Shown here in pieces: positions 19,126-27,943 of a DNA stretch of 64,000 bases (position 1 is the stretch's first letter; each line of letters begins with the position of its first letter). The translations under genes were made by a program, and so were the position numbers. This stretch comes from an uncultured Candidatus Binatia bacterium (GTDB taxonomy: Bacteria > Desulfobacterota > Binatia > UBA9968 > CAXXLF01): positions 4,010,812-4,074,811 of the forward strand of contig OZ244621.1 in NCBI GenBank assembly GCA_965218425.1, in the 5' to 3' direction. The notes beneath the pieces are model-generated. The model had not been told where the DNA came from. It was given only the letters and a program-made list of their open reading frames with translations, and made no database searches.

Positions 19126-20241
19126 ATGGCAACGAACTCAGACACGATTACGGTGGGGGTCAGTCTTCCAAAGACCGGCCGGTACGCAAAAACCGCTGCC
19201 GTGTACTATAGCCGTGCCTACGATCTCTGGTTACAGCAGGTCAATCAAAGAGGCGGGCTGCTGGGGAAGCGTGTCGTTCTCAGGGTTTATGACGACGAGA
19301 GCCAACCTGCCAAAGCTGCGGAGCGTTACAGGCAATTGATCCATAAAGACAAAGTGGAACTCCTGCTGGGGCCTTGTCACAGCGCGCTGGTGGAGGCGGT
19401 GGCTCCCATGGTGGAGGATGCGCACAAGCTTCTGCTGCAAGGGAGCGGGAGTTCACACGAAATCTTTCGCAAGGGACGAAAATATCTCTTCCTGTGTTGG
19501 TCCGGCTGCGACTTCGACTACCCAAAGAGCTTCCTCGAATTTTGTTTGACCAAACCTGAAAAGTTGCCGGGGAAAAGGGCCGCCCTAGCATACACGGATG
19601 GGAGAATCGGGAATGCCGTGGCTCTGGGAGTAAAACACTATGCCAAGGTTCATGGGGTTGATCTCGTGTGCGAAAAGGTCATAGGTGAATCCCCCGTGGA
19701 CTACGCCGGGTTCATGGGGCGTGTAAAGGCATCTAACCCTGATGTCGTCCTGGTGGGCCTCGACCATGTTCGCCCGGACAATCCCATGCACGAATGCGTA
19801 TCCCATGCCTTAAGGGTTGGACTCAAGGGAACACAGCTTTGGCTTTCCGATAACCCGGCGCCCCGGGACCTTCAGCTGGGCGATGCCATCAACGGGGTCT
19901 TCATGCGTGGGAGTTGGGTCCCGGTTGCCCAAGATCTCCTGTCCATGGAATTTACCGCGAGCTTTAAGGCCGCCTACGGAAGTAATCCAGAGTATCATTC
20001 TGCCGGCGGGTATGCGTGCTGTCAGGTTCTGGAGCGGTTGGTCCAGGATACGGGGAGCACGGACAACGAGACCCTGAGAGAAAATTTATTGAAGATGGAG
20101 TTCGATACCGTGATGGGTAAGCTGCGCTTCGCCAATGATGGACTTCCATTGGCCACCATCCAGCTCTGCCAGTGGCAAAATGGAACCCTGGAGATCGTTT
20201 ACCCCGAATCAGCAAAGACCCGTGACGCGATAATTATCTAA
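19126..20241 (+). CDS. LivK/AmiC-like periplasmic-binding-protein type I fold ligand-binding protein with no signal peptide
   Basis: 371 aa; ...TITVGVSLPKTGRYAKTAA...ELLLGP matches the Leu/Ile/Val-binding family; an in-frame stop 27 nt upstream of the ATG excludes an N-terminal signal peptide. Confidence 0.65.
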   Translation: MATNSDTITVGVSLPKTGRYAKTAAVYYSRAYDLWLQQVNQRGGLLGKRVVLRVYDDESQPAKAAERYRQLIHKDKVELLLGPCHSALVEAVAPMVEDAHKLLLQGSGSSHEIFRKGRKYLFLCWSGCDFDYPKSFLEFCLTKPEKLPGKRAALAYTDGRIGNAVALGVKHYAKVHGVDLVCEKVIGESPVDYAGFMGRVKASNPDVVLVGLDHVRPDNPMHECVSHALRVGLKGTQLWLSDNPAPRDLQLGDAINGVFMRGSWVPVAQDLLSMEFTASFKAAYGSNPEYHSAGGYACCQVLERLVQDTGSTDNETLRENLLKMEFDTVMGKLRFANDGLPLATIQLCQWQNGTLEIVYPESAKTRDAIII

Positions 20242-20555
20242 CCGAACACAATTAGGGGTAGAAGAAAAAGATATTTAGCCGCAGATTTAAGCGGACGGCT
20301 AAGCGCAGAGCGCAAAGCGACTCATCAGTGACGAGTAGCGAGGACCGAGTGGGAAATTAAGAGAGAGTGAAGGGTGTAGGGGGAGGTGAAGTCCAGACTC
20401 TATACCCAACCCCCCTACACCCTGAACTGATCGCTGAACACTTAACACGGCTTCACTGTTTTCTGCTAACTGCCCGCTGCTAGTTTCCCTTTGCGTCTTT
20501 GCGCGAAAATCTTTGCTCGATTCCCTCTCTTTAACTATTGGTAAGCAACTGAGAA

Positions 20556-21776
20556 CTACATGCCGGAGACCGCGAGGCCGTGAGGCCGCTTGCCCAATCT
20601 ACGTCCCCCGCTTCGCGTGACCACCACTGAATCCCCCCAGGTGCAATGGTAATCACCATCGGCTGTGATTGCCGAGGGTTTGCAGATAAAAACCATATGC
20701 TCCTTTAGCGCCACACCAAGCTGTTTAGGACTGCGAGCCGTGGATGTAATGATTGGACCATCATCACCCGCCCCGCGGCCGTGCATGGTAAGCTCCGCCT
20801 TGGCATTGGATACGGGACCTGTCTTCGGTGCCGCCTTTTGCCCTGTAGTCTGTGCGAGCTCGGAAAGCTCTCCCACGGTAATGCCGGGTTTGAGGTTTTC
20901 CATAACCCGATCGAAAACTTCCTTTTGCACCTTGATCAGTTCTTGATGGACGGGATTCGCCACTTCCACGAACACAGGTTGAACCCCCTGGGAACGGTAA
21001 CCGATCCAGCATGATTCCAATTCGTTGATGATCAAATCCCCCCGTTCGAGTATTCGCATGGTGGGACGAGTGAGCGTACGTTTAGGGTTTTTTCCGGAGA
21101 GCCAGTTGCAGTGCACCGGCATCTCGGAACCATGAAACATCATTGCACCCTGGGCTTTCGCCCACACCTCCCAGTCCTTCGCCCCGGGACGAGCCGCGGC
21201 GACCTCAGCGCGGTAACCCTGTTCAATAATCTCCATGGACTTTGTAAGCGCCCCGATCTCCTCCTCGCTCTTGACGTAACGCACCTCGGTGAGGATCGGC
21301 GTGGCATCCACCAACTCCGCGTTGGGAAATGCTTCCCGGATTTGCTTCCAAGTCCCATAGAGAATAGTCCCCTCCGGCGTGCGGGTACCTTCCACTTCCC
21401 CTAGACCGGCGATGCCGATACGCCCTCGATCCACCTTCAATTCCCTCAGCCGCTCCACCACGACTCGCCCGTAATTGCGACGGGCCTCACGAACGTCCTT
21501 GGTCCAGTCCTGCACGTTGGGCCAACGGGCGGTGGCGGTGGTGGCCGCTACAGTCACCTCCCCCTCCAATGGAAATACAGCGGCCAGGTCCGCATCACCC
21601 CCACCACCGCAATGGGTCAAATAACGCGTGCTGGCTTGAAAATCCATGGAGTGTCCCGTGTTTTGCGGGGTAACGATAGCGTCTAAGCGTTGTTCACGCA
21701 TGAGCTTTCGCACAGCCGCCCATCTGCGGTCCCGCTCGGCCAAGGAAAATCGAGGATAGGAATGAAGTTCAGCCAT
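20556..21776 (-). CDS. M24-family metallohydrolase (creatinase/prolidase/ectoine-hydrolase-like)
   Basis: 406 aa; creatinase-like N-domain plus a pita-bread C-domain with conserved metal-ligand positions. Confidence 0.7.
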   Translation of the reverse strand: MAELHSYPRFSLAERDRRWAAVRKLMREQRLDAIVTPQNTGHSMDFQASTRYLTHCGGGGDADLAAVFPLEGEVTVAATTATARWPNVQDWTKDVREARRNYGRVVVERLRELKVDRGRIGIAGLGEVEGTRTPEGTILYGTWKQIREAFPNAELVDATPILTEVRYVKSEEEIGALTKSMEIIEQGYRAEVAAARPGAKDWEVWAKAQGAMMFHGSEMPVHCNWLSGKNPKRTLTRPTMRILERGDLIINELESCWIGYRSQGVQPVFVEVANPVHQELIKVQKEVFDRVMENLKPGITVGELSELAQTTGQKAAPKTGPVSNAKAELTMHGRGAGDDGPIITSTARSPKQLGVALKEHMVFICKPSAITADGDYHCTWGDSVVVTRSGGRRLGKRPHGLAVSGM

Positions 21777-21803
21777 TTAAACCTCCATTCGATATATTAA
21801 CGA

Positions 21804-22724
21804 TTATCGGGGCACCGCCAGCTCCAGAAAGTTCCCCCCGGGATCCTTAAAATAGAGAGAACTCTGAATGGGAGCCGATGGAGGATGATCCATCGGACCT
21901 TGAAAGGGTTTTTGGTGTTCGTCTAAGAGCGTGGCAGTATTGTCGAGCACGGAACGATCGGTACGAAACGCGATTCGCGGCGAACCCACAGCCTGCTCCT
22001 CTGGAGGCTCCTGCCGATGTTTTGTGGCGAGATAAAGCCCCAAGGCAGCTTTACCAAATTGGATGTATAGCTGGGCGGTTACCCTTGGAACCCGCCTCCT
22101 GTTTTCTGTATAAAGTGCATCCCAACGCCTGCTCCCGGGGGCCATATCTTCTTTTCCCTCGCCCCATCGTATTGCCCGCGCAAAATCCGCCGTGCTCCAG
22201 CCAACACGATGGGCCACCGGAAGCCCCAAGATGTTAACGTAAAAATCCTCCGCCCACTCAAGGTCCACCACTTCCACGGCAGCGTGGTCGATCCCCTGGA
22301 CGGTCGCTTTTCCCGCCGATTGTCCGTTAGACGCAACCAATTGAATCCGGTTGCCGTTGGGATCGCAAAAATAAAAATTGTCCCCGGTCTCCTGAGGTCG
22401 GTCTTCTCGATAGCTATGGACCTCGATGCCCCGCTGCTTTAACTCCGTGGCTATGGCATCGCGGCCGGATCCTCCGATTGTGTAGGCTTGATGGGTTCCT
22501 GTCTCGGGAAGCTTGGTAAGGTAAGGGTCTTCAGAAAGGATCAGGGACTGCCCCTGTCCAGTCTTAAAGGCCGCATTGTGCTCACAGTCAGGCCAGAGGT
22601 CACGTCCCAGGGGTTCAAAACCCAGTATACGGTGATAAAACTCTTCAGAGCGCTGCAGGTCAGAGACTGCAATGGAGATATGATTGATGGCCTCGACTTG
22701 TAGCCCACTCATTTCAGACCCCAA
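21804..22724 (-). CDS. Two-domain VOC family protein (extradiol dioxygenase/glyoxalase-like)
   Basis: Two VOC modules: INHISIAVSDLQRSEEFYHRILGFEP and IDHAAVEVVDLEWAEDFYVNILGLP. Confidence 0.7.
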   Translation of the reverse strand: MGSEMSGLQVEAINHISIAVSDLQRSEEFYHRILGFEPLGRDLWPDCEHNAAFKTGQGQSLILSEDPYLTKLPETGTHQAYTIGGSGRDAIATELKQRGIEVHSYREDRPQETGDNFYFCDPNGNRIQLVASNGQSAGKATVQGIDHAAVEVVDLEWAEDFYVNILGLPVAHRVGWSTADFARAIRWGEGKEDMAPGSRRWDALYTENRRRVPRVTAQLYIQFGKAALGLYLATKHRQEPPEEQAVGSPRIAFRTDRSVLDNTATLLDEHQKPFQGPMDHPPSAPIQSSLYFKDPGGNFLELAVPR

Positions 22725-22727
22725 GGT

Positions 22728-23234
22728 TCATCCCACGTCCAGCACGGTCGGTTTCTGGTAATTCTGACCCTCGTCACGACGCCAGAGGATTTCGAGGAAA
22801 TTACCGCTTGGGTCTTTGAAATAGATGGACTGGCCAAAGGGGCCCTTTTCCGGATGCTCCACCGGACCTTCAAACGGAATACTACGTTCCTTCAGTGTCT
22901 CCAGGGTCTTGTCAAAGCGAGCGCGCGGGACACGAAAAGCATGACGAAAACCATGGGCACCGCGGTGTTGGCCTTGCGCAGGCATGGGCATGTAATCATG
23001 GGCCACCACCAATGCGAGAAGATAATCTTCCAGAACCACAGAACCATGAACGGACCTTCCCCGCATGGCATCCTCGGTACTAAAGTTCACGCGGGTGTTC
23101 TGGCGGGCACCCAAAACCTGACAGTAAAATTCCTCCGCTTCCTTTAGGTCGTGCACACAGATACCGCTGTGACTTAGACTCTCCACGTCTGCCATGGTCG
23201 ATCCTCCTATGCCTGTTGAACCTGGGGAGCACAA
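22728..23234 (-). CDS. VOC family protein
   Basis: LSHSGICVHDLKEAEEFYCQVLGAR plus a second half-module; 4-bp spacing to neighbours suggests an operon. Confidence 0.65.
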   Translation of the reverse strand: MCSPGSTGIGGSTMADVESLSHSGICVHDLKEAEEFYCQVLGARQNTRVNFSTEDAMRGRSVHGSVVLEDYLLALVVAHDYMPMPAQGQHRGAHGFRHAFRVPRARFDKTLETLKERSIPFEGPVEHPEKGPFGQSIYFKDPSGNFLEILWRRDEGQNYQKPTVLDVG

Positions 23235-24028
23235 AATTCAGCGCCGCACACCGGCGGAACCAGCTGCTCCGGATCAAAATCCTTGCGAGCCAGGACCACT
23301 TCGGGGTCCACAACCACCGTGCCATCCTCTTCAATGGTAACTGGATGGATTCTAAGGGGGGCGAGATTATGGATATGGCCCGTGTGCTGTCCCTTGCGAT
23401 TAAAAGTGGCACCGTGAAAGGAGCAGAAAAAACGCCAGTGTTCCTTCTGCCACGCGATCTGTCCGTTCATGTGCGAGCACCAGCGGGAAAGGGCGATAAA
23501 TCCCTCGGAATGACGGACGAGATAGAACTTCGCCTTGCCGAAGAGAGTCACCGAGCCGATGGCAAAATCATCAATCTTGCCACAGTGGACCTTTCCCACT
23601 CCTGGTCTGATAATCTCATGGGCCTCGGGGCCAAAGGCCTGCACTTGGTATCTGTGGCCGTCGGGGTCATAGACATCCATGCTCTTCTCCCCCATGGCTC
23701 TAAAGGCCTCCCGGTTGTCGCTGATGTCGTACCCTCGCTCTTTTAACCTTTCCTGGGCGCGTTTGTACTGCTCGATGGTGAGAAGCCATGCGTGATGGAT
23801 GCTTCCGCTATTGGGACGGAAGGGTTCCACCTTGGGCACCTGTACCAGGAGAACCATCTGCCCCGTATTCATTTTCAGGAGTAAATTGGGACCTTCCTCG
23901 GAGACAAGGTTTCTTCCCACTGGATCCAACCCCAACACCTCTTGATAGAACTTCTCCGACCGGTCGAGATCCGTCACTTGAATCACCAGGTGACTGAAAC
24001 CCTCAACAAGCGTCATTTGTACCTCCAT
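23207..24028 (-). CDS. VOC domain - Rieske [2Fe-2S] domain fusion protein
   Basis: N-terminal FSHLVIQVTDLDRSEKFYQEVLGLDPVG (VOC); C-terminal CSHMNGQ...CSFHGATF (CxH-Xn-CxxH Rieske ligands). Confidence 0.7.
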   Translation of the reverse strand: MEVQMTLVEGFSHLVIQVTDLDRSEKFYQEVLGLDPVGRNLVSEEGPNLLLKMNTGQMVLLVQVPKVEPFRPNSGSIHHAWLLTIEQYKRAQERLKERGYDISDNREAFRAMGEKSMDVYDPDGHRYQVQAFGPEAHEIIRPGVGKVHCGKIDDFAIGSVTLFGKAKFYLVRHSEGFIALSRWCSHMNGQIAWQKEHWRFFCSFHGATFNRKGQHTGHIHNLAPLRIHPVTIEEDGTVVVDPEVVLARKDFDPEQLVPPVCGAEFCAPQVQQA

Positions 24029-24258
24029 GCCGCAGCGACAAAATGCTCACCAATGATATTCCACCTATCTTCCTATAGAACGGGAAGCAAATTCCTGTCA
24101 AGCCAGGGCAGGCATTGGACCTCCATTAAAAGTGCGACAAAAAGACCCTTTGGACCACTGTGGTGGGGCAGGATCATTTGACATTTCACCCCCATTGCAG
24201 TTTTCTAGATGTAAGGCTTCCAAAAAAGGCTGTTGTGAACCCCGGTCCAAAGGACTCC

Positions 24259-24612
24259 GTGGAAATACACATTAAGAATCTCAAGATAAAGGCTATCATT
24301 GGCATTAACGACTGGGAGCGCAAGGAGAAGCAGGATGTGATCGTCAATGTGGCCTTGGAGCTGGATGCTTCCAGCGCAGCCCAAACCGATCGAATCGAAG
24401 ATACTCTCAATTATAAGACGTTAACGAAACGCATCATCAGTGAGGTGGAGTCGTCAGAATTTTATTTACTTGAGAAGCTGGCCCACCACATCCTTAATCT
24501 TGTCTTGGAAGACAACAAGGCAATAAGGGGAACCGTGGAGGTGGATAAACCCCAGGCACTGAGGTTCGCGGATTCCGTCTCGGTGAAATGTTCAGGGGAG
24601 CGACGTGCATGA
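24259..24612 (+). CDS. folB: Dihydroneopterin aldolase FolB
   Basis: ...IHIKNLKIKAIIGINDWERKEKQDVIVNVALELD...IEDTLNYKTL... conserved FolB motifs; the ORF track starts at 24160, but the family-length start is an in-frame GTG at 24259 preceded by AAGGAC. Confidence 0.75.
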   Translation: MEIHIKNLKIKAIIGINDWERKEKQDVIVNVALELDASSAAQTDRIEDTLNYKTLTKRIISEVESSEFYLLEKLAHHILNLVLEDNKAIRGTVEVDKPQALRFADSVSVKCSGERRA

Positions 24613-24992
24613 ACCGGGTGGTAATCGGCATCGGCTCCAATATCCAACCAGAGGCCAATATCTCAAAAGCCATCAAAAGGATCGCCGAGTCCCATCGGAT
24701 TCTCAATGAGTCTCGCTTCGTGGAAACGGAGCCCCTCGCGGGACGAGACCAACCTAACTATGTGAATGGAGCCATCCTGATTCAGACATCCATGGACCGG
24801 GAGGAGCTCAAAGCGTGGCTCAGAGAGCTGGAAGATGACCTGGGTCGCACCCGGAGTATCGATAGATACGATTCACGAACCATCGATCTCGATATCGTAG
24901 TCTGGAGCGGAAAGATCGTAGACGAAGACGTTTATGAAAGGGAATTCTTGAAGGCCGCCATACTGGAGATCTGTCCGCGGCTTAACATTTAG
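24609..24992 (+). CDS. folK: 6-hydroxymethyl-7,8-dihydropterin pyrophosphokinase FolK
   Basis: MNRVVIGIGSNIQPEANI...ESRFVETEP...DLDIVVW HPPK signature; 4-bp overlap with folB. Confidence 0.8.
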   Translation: MNRVVIGIGSNIQPEANISKAIKRIAESHRILNESRFVETEPLAGRDQPNYVNGAILIQTSMDREELKAWLRELEDDLGRTRSIDRYDSRTIDLDIVVWSGKIVDEDVYEREFLKAAILEICPRLNI

Positions 24993-25002
24993 TACTGGCG
25001 GT

Positions 25003-25530
25003 GTGAAAGAAAAACTGGTCATAGGGGCTTACTTGTCGGCTGCGGTTGCGGCCAATATCACCGTTCACTACTTCGGTCCCGCCGCCATGCCCCTGATCGC
25101 TTTTTTTATGATCGGCCTGGACCTTTCCAGCCGCGATTATCTCCACGAGGCATGGGAGGGGAAAAACCTGGGTTGGAAAATGCTGGCCTTGATAGGTTGC
25201 GGCTCAATCCTGACGTTCATCGTGAATCGGGAAGCCGATAGGGTCGCCGTCGCCTCCTTCCTGGCGTTTGCCGGTGCCGGGGCAAGTGACGCTGTCATCT
25301 ATGGAATTCTTAAAGGAAGGGCAAGATTGCTAAAGGTAAATGGGTCCAACCTCATCAGCGCCCTTGTGGATTCCGTGGTATTCCCCGCCGCAGCATTTGG
25401 AATCTTCAGTATCCCCGTTATTGCGGCCCAGTACGCCGCTAAGGTAGGAGGCGGATTCTTCTGGTCCATGATTCTAGAGAGGTTCATGTGGGGGCGTGAG
25501 GCATCAGGCCCCGTGGTCAAACAGGGTTGA
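25003..25530 (+). CDS. VUT-family (YhhQ/DUF165-like) membrane transporter
   Basis: 175 aa, about 5-6 transmembrane segments, Gly/Ala-rich helices resembling queuosine-precursor/vitamin-uptake transporters; adjacent to folBK. Confidence 0.5.
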   Translation: MKEKLVIGAYLSAAVAANITVHYFGPAAMPLIAFFMIGLDLSSRDYLHEAWEGKNLGWKMLALIGCGSILTFIVNREADRVAVASFLAFAGAGASDAVIYGILKGRARLLKVNGSNLISALVDSVVFPAAAFGIFSIPVIAAQYAAKVGGGFFWSMILERFMWGREASGPVVKQG

Positions 25531-25557
25531 GCAAAAACCGAGACCTAGGATTTACCC

Positions 25558-26538
25558 ATGGCTTACATTTGTCTATTTACATTCCTCGTGTGGTCATGGC
25601 TGCCCATCGGTCTTGGCTTTTCTGCCGCCGCTCCGTTTAAAGTCGAATCCGCAAGGATCGAACCGGCCAATTCCAACGGGGAACGCCATGGGCAACTGGT
25701 TTTTCTAGGCGGCTTCGAATTGGCATCCAAGGACTCCCGTTTTGGGGGCCTCTCGGGTCTGGCCCTGAGCAAGGATGGAAGCCAGCTTTATGCCATATCT
25801 GACCGGGGCTACTGGCTCACCGCCCGCCTTCACCACGACGGCCAGGGAGTGCTTAAGCGTGTGGATTCATGGCAAATGGCCTCCCTGCTTACTCCCGCAG
25901 GAAAGGCCCTCAAGGGTTCCATGCGCGACGCGGAGGCTTTGGTTCGCGACCGGGATGGCTCTTTCATTGTAGGCTTCGAGCGCCACCCACGACTGTGGCG
26001 GTACCCTGGTTCTGGGGAGGCCTTTGCCCTTCCCCCTCGACCGCTTCCTCTCCCGGCGGGCCTCCAAAAAGCGCCTTCCAACGGGGGACTCGAAGCAGTG
26101 GCAATACTGCCCGACCGCCGATTTGTACTGATCACGGAAAGATACAAAAATGAGAACGGCACTACCAGGGGGTGGCTAATGGACCGGAAGGGATCATCCT
26201 CAATCTCCTATCTACAATCCGACGGCTTTGAGCCCACTGACGTCTCCACCCTTCCCAATGGCGATCTCATTCTATTGGAGCGACGTTATAGCCTGTTGAG
26301 GGGAGCGATTGTCCGGGTCCGACGACTAACCGCCGACAGCATAAGGCCGGGGGCTCGCCTCAAAGGGCAAGAGATTGCCCTTCTGGAGCCGCCCTTCGAG
26401 GTGGATAATTTTGAAGGCCTGGCGGTATGCCACCACCCCTCGGCCGGGACCCTACTTTACATGATATCCGACGACAACTACAGCCCCCTGCAGCGCACCC
26501 TCTTGTTGCAATTTCGCCTAATCAAGTCTACTCCATAA
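25558..26538 (+). CDS. Secreted phytase-like esterase family protein (beta-propeller)
   Basis: Signal peptide; GGLSGLAL...DGSQLYAISDRGYW and repeated DG..Y.SDD motifs of the esterase-like-activity-of-phytase family. Confidence 0.55.
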   Translation: MAYICLFTFLVWSWLPIGLGFSAAAPFKVESARIEPANSNGERHGQLVFLGGFELASKDSRFGGLSGLALSKDGSQLYAISDRGYWLTARLHHDGQGVLKRVDSWQMASLLTPAGKALKGSMRDAEALVRDRDGSFIVGFERHPRLWRYPGSGEAFALPPRPLPLPAGLQKAPSNGGLEAVAILPDRRFVLITERYKNENGTTRGWLMDRKGSSSISYLQSDGFEPTDVSTLPNGDLILLERRYSLLRGAIVRVRRLTADSIRPGARLKGQEIALLEPPFEVDNFEGLAVCHHPSAGTLLYMISDDNYSPLQRTLLLQFRLIKSTP

Positions 26539-26582
26539 CAAATCCTTCGACCCAAGACCGGCCAACGAAAGGAGTCGACGAG

Positions 26583-27599
26583 ATGAACAGAGACAAAAAA
26601 CTGTTGGAGATGAGTCTCGAAGAGATCCGTGAGGCGGCCCACCGCAGCATCTTACCCGAAGCATGGGAACACATCATGGGGGCCGCTGAAAGTATGTCGA
26701 CTCTGCGCAGAAACCAGGTTGCCATGCGTAGGATTTTATTCCGACAGAGAATTTTTCACGATGTCACTGATCCGGATATCACACTGGAACTCTTCGGTCG
26801 TCGCCTGCCAATTCCTATTGCGGTGGCCCCGGTGGGAAGTTTTAGCAAGATCGGCCCAAGAGCCGAGCGGGAGGTCGTGGAGGGGGCCGGCCGCGCAGGG
26901 GCCATGGTATTCGTGAGCCACGCCGCCAGGTCCAACGCCCGTGAATGGGCGCAGGGAGCCTCTAGCCCGTTGGTTTTTATGGGGTACCTGAGCCGCGGGA
27001 GAGATGGCGTGCTGAACTATGCACGAGAAGCCGAAAAGTTGGGATATGCCGCAGTGGGTCTGACCATGGATACGGTCCAGCCAACAAAAATTGGGGACCA
27101 CGTCCCTTTGAGCAATGATGGAAAGCCAAGGCAGGGACACGCCTCGTCCCCAAAGGACATCGAATGGCTGAAACGGGAGGTCTCGCTACCGGTGGTCGTC
27201 AAAGGGATCATGGGGAGTGAGGATGCCCGCATCGCTGTGGAGGCTGGAGCGGACTGCTTGGTGGTATCGAACCATGGGGGTCGAGTGCTGGATTTTAACC
27301 GCGCATCCATCGAAGCGCTGCCCGAGGTGGTTCAGGCAGTGGAAAGCAAAGTTCCCATCTTGCTCGACAGCGGCATACGAAGAGGGAGCGACATCGTCAA
27401 GGCCCTGGCCCTGGGCGCCAAGGCCGTTCTCGTGGGCCGGCCCATATGCTGGGGGCTCGGGGCCGGCGGATCTGACGGAGTGGAGAGGGTCTTTCAAATC
27501 CTTACAGAGGAGATGAAGCGAGTGCTGATCATGACGGGGACAGGTTCGGTGGCAGAGATCAGCAGGTCAATATTGGCTTCGAACAACCAGGGACAATGA
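26583..27599 (+). CDS. FMN-dependent alpha-hydroxy acid dehydrogenase/oxidase (lactate/glycolate oxidase family)
   Basis: VVSNHGGRVLD, SGIRRGSDIVKALALGA and the catalytic-His region; start chosen at MNRDKK (26583), preceded by AAGGAG; the longer ORF would overlap the upstream gene. Confidence 0.8.
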   Translation: MNRDKKLLEMSLEEIREAAHRSILPEAWEHIMGAAESMSTLRRNQVAMRRILFRQRIFHDVTDPDITLELFGRRLPIPIAVAPVGSFSKIGPRAEREVVEGAGRAGAMVFVSHAARSNAREWAQGASSPLVFMGYLSRGRDGVLNYAREAEKLGYAAVGLTMDTVQPTKIGDHVPLSNDGKPRQGHASSPKDIEWLKREVSLPVVVKGIMGSEDARIAVEAGADCLVVSNHGGRVLDFNRASIEALPEVVQAVESKVPILLDSGIRRGSDIVKALALGAKAVLVGRPICWGLGAGGSDGVERVFQILTEEMKRVLIMTGTGSVAEISRSILASNNQGQ

Positions 27600-27673
27600 T
27601 CGGGTACGTTACTTTTTGCTTCCACCCTTTGGCTGCTTTGGATGATCTCCTTGGTCGTTCCTCCGCCAGGACA

Positions 27674-27943
27674 CTAAGGTCCCCTACTGACTCTGATGTC
27701 GATATTGAGGACCTCACCCTTGCGAATCATGTTAAAGGATTCCACCTTTGTGACAACGGAACGAAGAAATTCTTTCGCCGGTCTCTCAATGGAAACTACA
27801 ATGTCTTCCGTGGGCGAACCATCCAGTGTTACGGTTCCTTTCACGATTCCAGTCTGATCCATCCCTTCGGCACCAAAGGCGATACCGAAATGGATCGAGT
27901 AAAACAAAAACACACCGAGGGAAAGAATTCGGAAGTTTTTCAT
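27674..27943 (-). CDS. Small secreted protein (carboxypeptidase-regulatory-like domain), co-transcribed with the cupredoxin gene
   Basis: Signal peptide MKNFRILSLGVFLFYSIHFGIAFGA; ATGA overlap with the upstream gene. Confidence 0.4.
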   Translation of the reverse strand: MKNFRILSLGVFLFYSIHFGIAFGAEGMDQTGIVKGTVTLDGSPTEDIVVSIERPAKEFLRSVVTKVESFNMIRKGEVLNIDIRVSRGP

